64,000 nt of DNA. It comes from Mytilus edulis. Its lineage: Eukaryota. The first letter of the stretch is position 1. Every line of letters begins with the position of its first letter. Below, piece after piece: positions 63,202 to 64,000 of the stretch. A program made the position numbers and the translations under genes. The notes below the pieces were generated by a model. That model saw only the letters and a program-made list of their open reading frames with translations. It did not search any database and was not told the origin of the DNA. The stretch is taken from NCBI RefSeq assembly GCF_963676685.1, contig NC_092352.1:25172001-25236000 (forward strand), read 5' to 3'.

Positions 63202-63340
63202 CGATATTTGTTGGTCAATATTCAAAATCCTTACAAATACCACATGACATGAAATTATAAATAGTTGACCTTTTTCAAATGTTTAGATTTTTGTTAGACT
63301 TACAAAGCGATTCACATAAGTGAATCTTTATTGTTTTTAT
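63202..63340 (-). promoter_or_regulatory. Promoter and first-exon homologue of copy 4
   Basis: Donor |GTAAGA at 63201, TATTTATAA at about 63255-63263, AAAGGTCA at 63266-63273. Confidence 0.45.
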
Positions 63341-64000
63341 TGTTTTATTAACTATGAATAAAGAATATTTAGTACGTACGTATGTAATTTTATAATGTCA
63401 TAACCGTTCTAATCGATAATTTTTATAGTGTATGTTTTAGTTCAAACATGTGTGTTAACAACACCAAATTTCTAAAAGCAAATCGAAGTAATAGGATAAT
63501 AAGAACTAATTATTAGTTTATGGTTATATACAAAAGCCATTTGAACTTTCAGTCCAGGTAAAGGAATAAGAGTGAGTCATGATGTTTTGACATGGAAGAT
63601 GCTGCTTAATATGCCAGCACTACAGGCTTCAAGTTAAATTCATACACATTTCTTTGCACTTTTCAAAGAAACTTGAAAAACCGTTGACACATATGTACAA
63701 TGTAGGGCATGTAGTATTTTCGGCATAGTCATGACGTTTCTCTACTAAATTTAGACTATGTTATGATCAACCATTCAGTCTTGTCGAATGTAGAACTGTA
63801 GTTTTAAGACGAATTGATCTTCCTCGCATTCCCGATTTATTAAATTGAATTAGATATTAATAAACAATAATTAAACTCACAAAACATAGAATATGTGAGT
63901 TCTTCTTGATAAAATATCTGCTATGTCGAATTAACTGACCTAGTATTGTCTATTTTTTTCCAGCGTTTCATATAACAAATGAAATTAATCGAACTAATTG

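Overview
AT-rich, intron-containing animal genomic DNA. The repeat families and gene content suggest a bivalve mollusc, probably a Mytilus-type mussel (inference). No prokaryotic operons, rRNA or CRISPR array were seen. Main content: (1) a tandem minus-strand family of four paralogous genes (about 8.1-15.9, 18.6-23.1, 28.5-34.7 and 55.5-63.4 kb). Their large exon aligns by eye to the DZIP3-type HEPN domain, carries a Cys/His-rich insertion and lacks the catalytic RxxxxH motif. A small downstream exon missed by the ORF track adds a C-terminal transmembrane helix followed immediately by a stop, predicting tail-anchored pseudo-RNases. Copy 2 appears to have lost the anchor and copy 4 is a pseudogene. 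(2) An intact 4-exon, 498-aa clan-2-type cytochrome P450 (53869-42606, minus) between copies 3 and 4. (3) Most of a plus-strand gene for a mollusc-type single-pass membrane protein (1-6517). (4) Many mobile elements: Penelope-like RT remnants, a dispersed repeat carrying minimal type I hammerhead ribozymes (some in sense orientation in the P450 introns), a Harbinger remnant, several MITEs, a Helitron, Helentron/pearl-like elements, a tRNA-derived SINE, and a 2.4-kb foldback element with mirrored 21/22-nt arrays. All alignments and splice calls are manual; no database searches were run.
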